64,000 nucleotides of DNA, taken from assembly GCA_958009085.1 (NCBI GenBank), contig OY253690.1, forward strand, positions 1 through 64,000, written 5' to 3'. Below the pieces are notes generated by a model. That model was not told the DNA's origin, made no database searches, and saw only the letters and a list, made by a program, of their open reading frames with translations. This DNA is from Protoeuglena noctilucae. Its lineage: Eukaryota. How positions within the stretch are numbered: the first letter of the stretch is position 1; each line of letters starts with the position of its first letter. The position numbers were made by a program, and so were the translations under genes. Below are positions 50,535 through 62,300 of the stretch, one piece after another.

Positions 50535-50601
50535 CGGCCGTCGCGGCCCCCTCCGCGGCCATTTCCGACAGCAGCTGGCCCCCGCAGGTCCAGTGCCGGC
50601 C

Positions 50602-51351
50602 ATGGAGGAGCTCAAGATCGTCCTCGGGCAGAGCCTGTCGTGCGGGAGGGATCCCGTGGGAGTCCTCATCCCCCAGTGCATGGCGCTGACTCGCAGGCGT
50701 GGAGAGGCCGAGCCGCGCCGCTGCCGCAACGCGCCCCACATCGCCCTCGACGGGGCGGACCCCGCGGCCTCCCTCGCCTGCTACCTTCACGCCGGCCCGG
50801 TGGACAGGACCATCTGCATGGTGGGAATGCAAATGGCGGCGGTCGATCCCGAGGTCGAGTCCGCCGCGGTTGCGATGCCGCTCGCGCTCAACGCGCTGGC
50901 CCTGGAGTTCAACCAGCTCTTCTCGGAGGCCGCGAAGGCCCCCGTGCCCCGTTTCGGCCTCAACGTGGGCGGAGAGCGTGTGCTCGCGGACGGCGTCCAC
51001 GCCGATGGCTTCTCGCCCCTCGAGCTGTACAACGCTGCCCTCGGCGCTGCCCGGCGGCCCCAGACCGACCCGCAGACCGCCGCGCAGTCCCTCCGGTTCT
51101 GCCGGTTCTACTGCCGCTTCGTGCGCTACCTGCACGAGGTATTCCGTTACGCCCGGGAGTATGACATCGACACTGAGGAGGACATCGACGTGAACCTCCA
51201 GGAGCTCCGGATCCGCGGCGAGCAGGAGCATGCCCAGGCGGAGAAGAAGGCCCACGACAGCGACACCGGGGTCACTGAGCGCAACAACCCCGACATGGAC
51301 GTTGACCAGGAGGACGAAGGGTGCCCAGCTACCCAGCCCAGCAGCCCCTAG
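50602..51351 (+). CDS. Hypothetical 249-aa protein with a C-x..C..C-x2-H putative Zn-binding motif and an acidic tail
   Basis: Intronless, with GC-ending codons and a Kozak-like gccATGG. Contains QCMALTRRRG....RCRN...ACYLH. Confidence 0.65.
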   Translation: MEELKIVLGQSLSCGRDPVGVLIPQCMALTRRRGEAEPRRCRNAPHIALDGADPAASLACYLHAGPVDRTICMVGMQMAAVDPEVESAAVAMPLALNALALEFNQLFSEAAKAPVPRFGLNVGGERVLADGVHADGFSPLELYNAALGAARRPQTDPQTAAQSLRFCRFYCRFVRYLHEVFRYAREYDIDTEEDIDVNLQELRIRGEQEHAQAEKKAHDSDTGVTERNNPDMDVDQEDEGCPATQPSSP

Positions 51352-51540
51352 GCCTTCTGAGCTCCCCTTGAAGTGCGCTCTATATCCGCTCCCTGGTACC
51401 CCCCCACTCCGGCCCGACCGTCGACGCCCCTGACCGTCGACGCCCTGGTTCAGGCACTGCGGGGTAGGGTAAGCCACCTGGGTGCTTTGGGTTCCGGTCG
51501 CCACACCGACACCGCTGCATACCCGGCTCCCGGCAAGCTC

Positions 51541-51546
51541 TATAAA
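51541..51546 (+). promoter_or_regulatory. TATAAA box upstream of ORF 51579
   Basis: TATAAA 38 nt before the ATG at 51579. Confidence 0.5.
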
Positions 51547-51578
51547 TGTTCGCCGCGCCCGCCCGCCCCTCCGGGGGC

Positions 51579-51920
51579 ATGAACCACGTCGACCTGGCGG
51601 AGGTGCTCCGCCTCCCCGACTCCTTCCGCAACTCCGGCATCTTCCGCGAGGGCAAGTTCCCGCTACTGGAGCGTCTCGATGCGGCGCGGGACTTCCGGGC
51701 CATCTTCGGGCTGCTCTCGGAGCACCAGGACAACACCGACGCCTTCACCTTCCATCTCCATACCACGCGGGACCTCATCCGCTGGAACATCGTCCTGGAG
51801 GGGCACATGTGGGTCGAGAATGGCCTCCGCGTGCCGCGGGACTTCGCCATGTGCTACTTCGCGCTCACCAGGGGGTCTGCGCCTGGGGCCATCATCCGCA
51901 TCGCCGAGGTCGCCGAGTGA
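51579..51920 (+). CDS. Hypothetical 113-aa protein
   Basis: Intronless ORF MNHVDLAEVLRLP...AEVAE* with strongly GC-ending codons and a globular-looking composition. Confidence 0.6.
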   Translation: MNHVDLAEVLRLPDSFRNSGIFREGKFPLLERLDAARDFRAIFGLLSEHQDNTDAFTFHLHTTRDLIRWNIVLEGHMWVENGLRVPRDFAMCYFALTRGSAPGAIIRIAEVAE

Positions 51921-52470
51921 GCCGAGCACGGCCGTCGTGAGGCACGTGGGGATCGTGTTGCCCAGCGCGCGCCAGACGCGCGTGGCGTTCAGCCCTCCCC
52001 ACCGCAGCAGCTGCGGTGGGAAGCCCTGAAGTGCCTCTGCGTCGACGCGCGAGAGAACGTAACCCCCGCCGCCCTCGAGGGGCACGTAGGCAAAGGACCG
52101 CTTGTCCTTGGAGTTGGGGCGGTATTGGGTGCGGATGGTGCGGCAGAGCTGCTTCTCGGGCCGCAGGCCAGGCTGCCCCAGCAGCTCGGCGAGATTTGGC
52201 CCGGCGCGCGCCGGGGGAGGCTCCCAGTTGAATTCCGCGTCCCATGAACCCACGATAAAGAGCCTGCGGCGTCCCTGGGGGATGCCGTAGTCCGCGCAGT
52301 CCAGGACGTGCCAGCACACCTTGTAGCCCGCGTCGCGGTACGCCTGGATCGACGTCTTCAGGCCTCGCGAGCCCGCCTCAGCAGAGAAGCAGCAGACGGC
52401 CGCGAACACGAGGGCTGCGAGCGCGAGGGCGGCCGAATGGCCGCAAAGCACTCTCCCTCTACCATTCATG
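51663..52470 (-). pseudogene. C-terminal half of a C5 cytosine DNA methyltransferase (Dcm-like) fused to a signal-peptide-like N-terminus
   Basis: GY....VLDCADYGIPQGRRRLFIVG (motif VIII), LSRVDAEALQGFP (motif IX) and ALGNTIP (motif X). Motifs I, IV and VI (FxGxG, PC, ENV) are absent. Confidence 0.75.
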
Positions 52471-53318
52471 ACCCCGCACGTTTCCACGACCTCATTCCGC
52501 ACTACGCGGCGTGCATGGTCTGGTTATCGCAAATCTATGAGCGCCGCCTAGCGAAGAAGCTATGGATCCTAGCGCTGCAACAAGCATCCCTGCATCTCTG
52601 CCGCGGGGAAGGCTTTCGGCGCGCTGTTGCGAACCCGCGCGCCACACGACTGGCACTCGAGTCGGGCGCCCCAGTCGTCGACTCAGTCGACGCTGTCCCC
52701 CGCTTCGCGAGTCCTACACGAGTGCTGGAACGGTCCAGTCACCCATGGGTGGCATAGGCGCCATCTGGATGCGCTGCCATTCCACGGCGCATGAGGCGGG
52801 TTGAGGAGCCTGAAGCGGGTTGAAAGGCCATGGAGACCGCGCGCCGACCGAAGACAGCCCGCGCTCGGGACACTCGCGATGACGAGAAGGCAGCGCGGGC
52901 CAGTGCGTCGGGGACGGCGCGGTGAGGGCAGCGATGTTGCCTAGTGGTGCAACGGAGATTCAGTTTATCTCACGCATACGTGCGCGAACGCGTCTCGTGT
53001 CGACGCTCTGCGCATCGTTTGGATTGCAGTCGCGACCCCATCCTGCCGACCAACACGCCCATCCCGTCGCACGTCGCCCACCACGCGTCGGGAGCGATGA
53101 CCAAGCCCCTCCGGAAGCCGTGGTTTCCCGCCGTGCCTTTGCTCGAGCTTCACCAGCGAATCAAGCGACAAGACGCGAAGTCTGAGCAGGACGAGCCCGA
53201 TGGTGCCAAGCCGCAAGACCAAAAGTCTGCAAATGCCACGTCGCTCCCGGGGGGGACCACCGAGGATGCCAGCCGGCCTGCAGAGTGGGCGCCCCTTTCG
53301 CGCGCCGCTGCGGTAATC

Positions 53319-56300
53319 TCAGAGGAGCGCAGCCAGCAGCATGGGCGGCACCAGGAGCACGCTGCCCGTCGCCGCCATGAAGGCGCTGGACTTCTTCGTC
53401 GGCGCGGGCGTGGACGTGGGCGTGGACGACGACGATGGCGTCGGGGTGCTGGGGCCCGGGGTGGAGGCGGGGACGGGGACCGTCGCGACAGACGCCGCCA
53501 CGGACGGGACCTCGAGCTGGTACAGGGCCGAGGTGGCGTCGGACGCCGTGGCGATGAGGGCCGACTGGATGGAGGTGGCCAGCGCCGAGCCGCCCCCGAC
53601 CGCCGTCACGAGCTTCTGGGCTGCTGCGTTGGTGGCAGCAGCCACGGCCACGTTGAGGTTCACCGCCACCTGCGGGTACCGACATAAGAATCAATGACTT
53701 CAGCTCAACTGACAGCAGCATGCAACTGCCCTCAGCAACAGCACTCACGTCCAGGAGGGCACGGCGCGATGTGGAGGCCGTGACCACAACCGACGAGGCC
53801 GGCACGCCCAGCTTGGAAGCCACGGTGCTCTGGATCTGGGCCTCGATGGCGGCCAGCTGGACGCTCGAGGGCTGGGTCTTGAATGCGAGCGTGACTGTAA
53901 ACTTGACCCGCGGCGTGCCCGAGGCCATGGGTGCGGGGTTTGGAAAGAGGTCGTTGATGACGATGTTCATCGAGAAGACGTCCGAGGTCTGGTAGCCCGA
54001 GCCCGCCGTCTTAGGACTGCACGATAGCACCAGCGTCGTGGCTGCGCCGGTGACGCTGGGCATAGCCGATAGGTACACGGCCGTGGGGGACGTGGTGACC
54101 GCGATGTCGGGCGTGGTGGCCGTGGAGGCCGCCAGGACCGAGCCGGTGTAGGCGGGGGAGTCCTTGTCGTTGGTCAGCGTGCAGTCGACCGTGACGGGCT
54201 GGTTGAGGGCCTCCAGGTTGACGAGCTCGCCCGCGGCATACCGCGTCTGCTCGATGGCCTGGATGGACGTGACCTGGGAGCCTGCCATGAGCGCGTTGCC
54301 CTTGGAGTCAGTGGCGATGGCCTTGGTGCCCGTCACAAACACCACCTTCTGGTTCCGCACGTAAACCTCAAACTCGATCGCCTCGGTCGTGTAGCCGCCC
54401 GCGGACGACGAGGGCATGCACGTGTAGGTCACCGTCTTGTCGGCGCCAATGGTCAGCGAGGTCGGGATGGTAACGCTGACGGCCGTGCCGCCCACCACGT
54501 TGCTCGTCGTGGACATGGAGAGAGTGGACGTGACGTTGGGCAGCGTGGCCGTGTCACTCGACGTGCACGTCACCGAGACAGTGGCGGTCGGGGGGACCGT
54601 CGTGTAGAGCTTGACGAGGGCACCGGACGTGCTGCTCTGGAGCTCGAACACGGCCGGGGTGAGCGAGGCCGAGCCCGAGGTCAGGAGAGTGCCGCTGGCC
54701 ACCGTAGACCCGCTGGCGGTCGTGGCAGAGGAGCCGGCCACGGCAACGAGGGCGCGGGCAAGGACCACGACGTCGAACTTGACGCTCTCATTACCCTTGT
54801 AGGGCGACGAGGCGCACACCACTGAGCACGTGTAGGTAACGGTCGTGTTCTTGCTCACAGCCGCGGGGTTGGGCAGCGACAGGGCTGTGCCAGCGTTCAG
54901 GAGGCCCGAGACAGTGACGTCCGTCATCACGGCCGTGTTGTTCGACGCGCAGTAGACGTCCACGGCCACCTCATTCTTGGACGAGTCCAGGGCGGGCGTC
55001 TTGGTCCTGAGCGTGACCACTTCGCTGCGGCCCGCGTACATGACGAGCAGCGGCGCCAGAGGCGCAGTCGTCGAGTACCCGATGTTGGTGCCGGCCGAGA
55101 TGGACAAGAGCGTTGAGCTGTTCAGCGCAGAAGAGCCTGCCACGGCCATCAGGCCGTAGTAGTACACGTACACGTCAAACTTGACCGAGTCGGTCGGGTC
55201 CAGGCCGCCAGCAGCCGCCGTCGGGGCGCACGTGTAGGTCACCGTCGTGTCGCCGGTCTCGGTGCCCATGGGCGTGGGGATCTGGATGTTGGCGGCCATG
55301 GTGCCCGAGACGGACAGGCCCACGATGTTGGCCAGCACAGTCGTGGCACTGCTCGTGCAGCTGAACGTGACCGCGGCCGTGGCCGCGGCATTCAGGCTGA
55401 TGGTCGCGACGGCGCCCGCGGTCGTCGACTGGCCGTACATGACGGCTGGCGTGATGGCAAGCGAGCCACCGCCTGAGATGTCCGTGCCAGTCGCCAGCGC
55501 CAGGTTCGTGTCCGCGCGGACGGCGGACGAGCCGGCCTTGATGACGGGCTTCAGGGCCTTAACCTTAATATCGAAGAAGACGGTGCCCGTCACAGTCGTC
55601 TTGCCCCCAGCAGAGATCGTGCGGGCGAGGGCGGTCGTAGACGCAGGCGTAATGGCCTGAGTGGTGCCAGACATAGTCGCCGCAGGTGTTGGGGCAAACG
55701 TGGGCGCGGCCACGGAGCTGGGGGTGCAAGTGTAGGTCACTGTGGTGTCCGCAGCAATGGACGATGCCACCGGGATCGTGATGCCCACGACGGTGGCGGC
55801 CGAGAGGGACACGTTGTCGATGTCCGCGAGCACGGTCGAGTTGCTCGACTTGCACGAGTAGGTCGTGGGCGTCTGGGGGGCCGCCGTGGCTTGCAGGGCC
55901 ACGATGGTGCTCGAGGCCGCCGCGCCCTCGAACACGACAGGGGTGCGCGAGGCGATGCCGGCGCCGAGGATCGTGGCGCCGGCAGTCAGGGTCGTGGTCC
56001 CGTCGGCAGCCGTGCCCGCAGCCGAGCCAGCCACGACCTGGGCCGTGGGGTCGGACACGAACACGTCGAAAGTGACGCTCACGGTGGTGGCGAAGCCGCC
56101 AGCCGTGGCGCTGGGCGCGCACGTGAAGGTGACGAGCGTGCCTGCCAAGACGACCGCGGGGGTGGGGAGGACCAGGTTGACGGCGGTGGTCGTCGAGACG
56201 GAGGTGGCCGCCACGTCGCCTAGGATGGCCTTGTCGCTTGACATGCACATGTAGCTGACGGCAGTCGTGGGCGCCACGTTGACCTTGAGCGCAACCGTGG

Positions 56301-59300
56301 AGCCCGCGGCGTAGGTGACGCCCGCGTAGAGCTGCACCGTCTTGGCCAGGGACCCGCCGCCGCTGATCTTGGTGGACGTGGAGAGCATGGTGTAACCGTC
56401 TGCGGCCGTGAGTGCCGTGCTGGGGTAAACATCGACCGTGCGGGGCAGGACCGTGACGTCGAACGTGAACGAGTCGGCCGTGGTGAGCCCGCCCGCGTTG
56501 GCCGTCGGGGCGCACGTGAAGGTGACCGTGGTGGCTGTCGAGACGTCGCCCGCAGCGCCAAAGGTGAGGCCAACGGCGATGGTGGATGACACGCTGGCCG
56601 TCACGCCGGCGAGGATGGTGCTGTTGGAGGACGCGCACTTATAGCTAACAGCGGCCGAGGGCGTGCCGTTGGCCACCAGCTGGACGAGGGCGCCGGCAGC
56701 GGGGGTCACGGTTGTCACGACTGAGGGCGTCTTGGCCGCGTTGCCCGAGGCCAGGGCCGTGCCCTGCGCCAGCATGGCACCGGTCGCCGTCATCGCGGCC
56801 GTGCCGGCCTGGGCCGAGACGGCCAGGGGCACGACCGTCACGTCAAAGGTGAACGTGTCGGAGGTCGTCACGCCGCCCGCGGAGGCCGTGGGCACACACG
56901 TGTAGGTCACCGTCGTAGTCTTGTCAATCTGGCCGCTCTGGGGCAGGCCCACCGGGACGGCGGTGGTGCTGTTGACCTGGACCAAGGGCACGCTGTCGAG
57001 CACGGACGTGTTGGAGGACATGCACGAGTAGGTGATGGTCGCCGTCGGCGTGGCGTTGGCCTGCAGCGCCACCACGTTGGAGATGCTGTTTGCCACCGCC
57101 AGCTCGACGATCTGCGGGGTGGCCGAAGCCTTGCCCGACACCAGCATGGTGCTGGTCGTCATGGCCGTCTTGCCGTCGGCGGCCGTCTGGGCCGTACCGC
57201 TGTAGGCCGCGACCACGATCGCCTTGACGTGGACCGTGAAGGCCACGCTCTCGGACGTCGTTAGGCCACCCGCGCTGGTCTTGGGGGTGCACGTGACGAT
57301 CACGTCCGTGTCGGCCTTCACGGAGCCTGGGGTCGGCAGCGTGATGGCCGCCTTGGTCGACGACAGCGTCACGTCCGAGACGGTCCCGATCACGCTCGAG
57401 TTGTTGCTCGTGCAGGCGTACCTCACGGTGGCGGTCGTCCCATTTGTCGCGGGCGTTGTGTTGGCAAGCAGCTCAACGGTCGTCCCCAGGCCGGTGGACT
57501 GACTCTCATACAGGACGAAAGCCTTGCCGGAGGGCAGGGCGGTGTCCGCAGCCAGGGTCGTGCCGTCGCTGAGGGTCTGCGACGAGGCGGCCGCCGCCTG
57601 GACGTTGATGGCCACCACATTGACCCAGAACATGACTGAGTCGGTTGTCGTAAGGTTGCCGAATGCCGCGGTGGGAGCGCACGTGTAGCTGACCTGCACG
57701 TTGGCCGTGCCCATGTTCGCAGGGGCAGGGAGCGTGATGGCGTCGGCAGCCGTGTCGTTAGTGATGGACACGGAGGCGATGTCCGCCATGATGTTGGAGT
57801 TGCTGGACGTGCACTTGACTGTGCCCGTCGCGCCCGGAGCAACATTCTGTTGCAGCTTGACCTTGCTGCTGTCAGAACCGGCACCCTCAAAGACCTGCAC
57901 CGCCAGCGCGGCGTTGTACGTGCTGCTCGTCAGGTCGGTGGACGTGCTGCCAAAAGCTGTCCCGTTGCCGTTCAGAACTGTGGCAAAGGCGGGCACCGGC
58001 GTCAGCTCGGCGTGCATGACGTATACGTTGAACTTGACCGTGTAGCGAGATGGGACCGAGCCAGTGAAGACGAACCCACCGGCGCTGGTCACAGGCGAGC
58101 ATGTGTACGTGACAGTGGTGTCGGCCGAGATGCCCGTCACAGGCGGGATCGTGAAGGTCGTCACGCTCGTGTCCGTGATGTTGAAGGCCGCCACAGCGGG
58201 GGCGATCGTGGAGTTGCTCGAGCTGCAGGAGAAGGACACGGTGCCAGCAGGAGCGTAGTTAAGCTGAAGGCCGATCTGACCGGTCGACGCTGACCCTTCG
58301 TACAGCACGGGCGTCATGGACGTGGAGCCAGCTGTCGAGTAGCCGACAGAGGTGCCGGAGGCGAACAAGGTGCCGTCCGACCAGCGAGTGAGGGTGGACG
58401 CTTGGACCAGCGCCGAGACGGAGCGCGGCATGATCGTCAGCTGGAAGCTCACTGTCTGGCCCGCCGACACGCCCGTTGGCGCAGGGGACGACGCGACTGT
58501 GCATGTGACCGTCATCGTCACGGCCGACGTGATGGCAGCGGGCGCGCTGAAGGCGATGGGGGCCGAGGCAACGGCGCTGACCGCCACCGCGGCGGGGCTG
58601 GCGAGGGCCGTCGTCGTCCCGCTCGTGCAGATGATAGTGGCCGTCGCCGAGTTGCCGAATGAGAGTGTGGCGATGGCGCCGGCGGCTGTGTCTTCGCCCT
58701 CAAAGATGCGGGGCGTGAGGCACGAGGAGGTGTCAAGGACGGTGCCCACCGTGATCTGGGCCGTCGGCATCGTGCTGCGGTAGGCCGCCGAGCCCGCAAT
58801 CGCCTGCATCTGGGGAGTCACGTCAAGGATGAAGGCCGTCTTGATGCTGGGCCAGCCGTTCGTGGAATCGTTGGTCGTACACTTGACGTAGAACCTGGTC
58901 TGCATTCCCACGTTCTGGATCTCGATAGTCGTGGCCTGGGCCAAGGTGCCCTGCGCAGCGATGTCGTTGGCGGTCGACCCGCTCGCGTTGGTGGTCGTGG
59001 CAAAGGTGAACGTGTCCGAGGTAGTCTCGGCCACCGTGAATGCGCTCGAGGCCTCCATGGAGAAAGCCGAGTCAATGTACGCCGTGCAAGACACGACGCT
59101 GCCACCCGTCAGGGACGTGCTGGCCGACCCGTTCTGGAACTTGAGCGTCACAGAGTCGCCCCCTTCCTGGGAAACGTTGCCAAAGTCTGTGCTCATCGTG
59201 GGGTTGTTGGGGGCCCAGACGGACGTGGTGTTGCCGCTGACCTTCAGGAGGACGATGTCGCCGTCCGCCACAGACGGGTAGGCCGTGCCGAGAGTCAGGT

Positions 59301-62300
59301 TCTGCGACGTCGTGGACCCGGAGGTGCCGAACGACTTGGTGTAGTCGGTCGAGGTGGCGGAATTGGGGAGGTTGATGGTGTTGCCGCTCGTGCATGAGAT
59401 GCTGATGGATGCCCCTGCGTTTGCGCCGTTGAGCTTGACGGCGAACAGGGAGCCCATGGTCGGCGTCAGGTACTCCTTGTCGACAATCTTGACCGTGCTG
59501 GGGACGATCGTCCCCGAACTGAGGGAGCTACCGTTGGTCAGGGACGTGCTGGAGCCAGCCACGACGAGGATCTGCATGGGCTGGATCACGATGCTGACCG
59601 AGAAGCCGTCCGAGGTCGTCAGGTGGTTGGCCGCTGTCATGACCTTGCACGTCAGCGTGACCGTCTTCGAGGTCGTGATGGAGCTCGGGGTGTTGAGGGT
59701 CACGTCGACCGGAGTCGTGGTCGTCACGGAAGCCACTGTGGGGGTCGCGCTGAAGTCGCTCGTCCCCGACTCCGTGCAGGTCAGTGCGTTGGCGCCGCCC
59801 GAGTTGCCGTTCAGCTGCACCTGGAGGACCGAGCCGCCCGCATCGGCCTGGCCCTCGACCACGACGACCTGGCCGAGGGAGGTGCTGCCGATGGTCGACA
59901 CGATGGCCGTGTTTGCGCCATATGCCGTCAGGTTGCCAGTGCTGTCGACAGACTTGTAGGCGGCCGACTGGGCGTACACGATGAAGCCCAGCGGCTCGAG
60001 CGTGAGGTTGAGCTGGAAGCCGTCAGACACTGTCAGGTGGTTGCCACTGGTGTTGACTGCGCATGTCAGGGTGATACTGATAGGGAAGCTCAGGTCTGCC
60101 ACCGTCTTCATATCCATGTTCACCGGGGTCGTGTCGGTGACGTTTGCAACAGTGGGCACGATGTTGCTGGTGAAGTTGGAGACAGTGGCCGTTGTGCACG
60201 CGAGAGCGTTGGTACCTCCTGACGCACCGTTTAGCGAGACCTTGATCGTGTTGCCCGGAGTGTCTGCCTGGCCCTCGAGCAGGTACAGCGTCGTGTTTGA
60301 TGTCCCGCTGATGGCGGCGGTGATGGCCGTGGCGGTGCGGAACGTGGTCAGGACGTTGGTCGACGCGACGCCGCTGATGGCGCCCGACTGCGCCGTCACG
60401 ATGAAGCCCAGCGGCTGCAGGACCACGTCCAGGCTGAAGCCGTCGCTCGTCGTCAGGTGGTTGCCTGTCGCGGCCACCGTGCACGTCACCGTGATGGTCT
60501 TGGCCGTGGAGAGGTCGGCGACCGTGTGAAAGTTGACGGCCACGTTGGTCGTGGTCGACACCGGAATAACAGAAGGGACCAGACTGTTGGAGAAGTCGGA
60601 CGCGGTGGCCGTCGTGCACAACATCTGGTTGGTGCCGCCCGAGTTGCCGTTCAGCTGCACCTGGACGGTGCCACCCACGAAGGCAGCCGTCACTCCACCA
60701 AGCGGATTGGAGAGTGCAGACACCAGACTCGTCACGCTGGTCGCCCCGTTTGTCGAGGTGATCGCGAACACTACTTTCGTGGACGCGGCCGCTGATGTAG
60801 GGTATGCAATCGTCAGCGTATCGTTCGCAGCAAAAGTGCCACCGATGTAGACCACATTGACGGCCTGCACTCCTGTAGCAGGATCTAGGGCCACATTGCC
60901 CGATTTCGCCGTCTCCGTGCCCGACGAGGTCACCGTGTAGGCTGGGAGGGCCGTGTTGACTGCGGCCGCCGTGATGGTGAACGCATTCCCCGTGCTGGCC
61001 GTCGCTGTACCGCCCAGCGTCGTGGTCAGCGCGGCGGCGACGGCTGCTGCCACTGCGGAACCGTCCATGCTTGGATTAGATATATTATTCGTGTACTCTA
61101 TGGTGTAGAGGGTGGGGGTTCCAGTGGCCGTGCTCTTCACAGTGACGGTGACGTAATCATTAAGCGATAAGTAGTCAGTGAAGGTAAAGGGGCCAGTACC
61201 CGTCACCGTCAGAGTCGAAGAGTTGTTGTTGGTGACTGCAAACGAGACGCTCAGGCCCGTGCCCAACGTGATGGTGAGGACGCCGCTGGTGGCAGACGCC
61301 GACCCTCCGCTGCCCAGGGGGGAGCTCAGCGCGTTCAGAAGCCCCGTCGTCACGTTAGCCACTGTCGTCCCGTCGACAGAGTTGACAGTGTACGTCGTCC
61401 TAACTGACACACTATAGTCAGTTACGAACTCGATGGTGTCAGACGCCGCAAACGTGCCGCTGAGCGCGATGGCGTCGACCTGGGACACGCCGCTGCTGTT
61501 GGGCACCAGGGTAACATTGCCCACAGCTGCACTGGAGCCGGTGCCAACTCGGGCAAAAAAGACTGCGTAGCCTCCCGTATAGGACGTCGACCCCCCAATT
61601 TCCTTCCCTGCCGCGGTGGCGGTGAGCACGATGACGTTATCGGTGGCGATTGTGGCGCCAGCCAGCGGAGATGCGAGCGCAGACTTCACACCCGTGGCCA
61701 CGTCGGCAAGCGTCAGCCCGTCTGTGCTGTTGGCCGTGTACGTGACCGTCGTCTTGGCGGTGGTCGTAACGACCTCCACGGCCACAGTATCCGTCGCAAC
61801 GAAAGTGCCGCTGAGGGCCACCTGGTCCTGCTGGAATGCCGTGGGACTCGCCGCGACAACCGTTTGCTTTGTACCAGCGGCACTCGACCCGCTCCCGACC
61901 TGGGTAACCGTCAGCGTGGTCGTAAACGAGGAGTTGGCCGCCACAGCCGTCAGCAACACTGCGCCGGCCGCGGCATCCGCATCGGCCTGCCCCTCGAGCA
62001 GGTACACGGTGTCGTTGCTCGACCCGCCCTTCACCGCCGTCAGGGCCGTGGCGGAGCCGAACGGGACGAGCACATTGGTCGACGCCACGCTCTTGATGGC
62101 GCCCGACTGGGCCGTGACGATGAAGCCCAGTGGCTGGGCCACTAGGTTGAAGCTGAAGCCGTCGCTGGTCGAAAGGTGGTTGGCGGCAGTATTGACAGTG
62201 CAAGTGACCGTCACCGTGGCCGCCGTATCGATGTCTGCAACCGTCTTGAGATCCACGGCAACCTGTGTCGTATCCGTCACAGCAGCCACAGTGGGGACCG

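Larger units (their letters stand above)
49180..52375. mobile_element. Candidate endogenous virus or DNA-transposon fragment (repeat array, compact intronless ORFs, C5-MTase fragment)
   Basis: Abrupt change from host gene architecture to tightly packed intronless ORFs preceded by TATAAA, with a hierarchical repeat block at the left end and a truncated Dcm-like MTase at the right end. No transposase, capsid gene or TSD is seen. Confidence 0.5.

Noticed and set aside
53161..53748. C-terminus of the 3514-aa ORF as listed in the track
   Set aside because: Read-through of a GT-AG intron (53670-53748); the spliced frame gives a coherent GPI-type tail ending at 53319.
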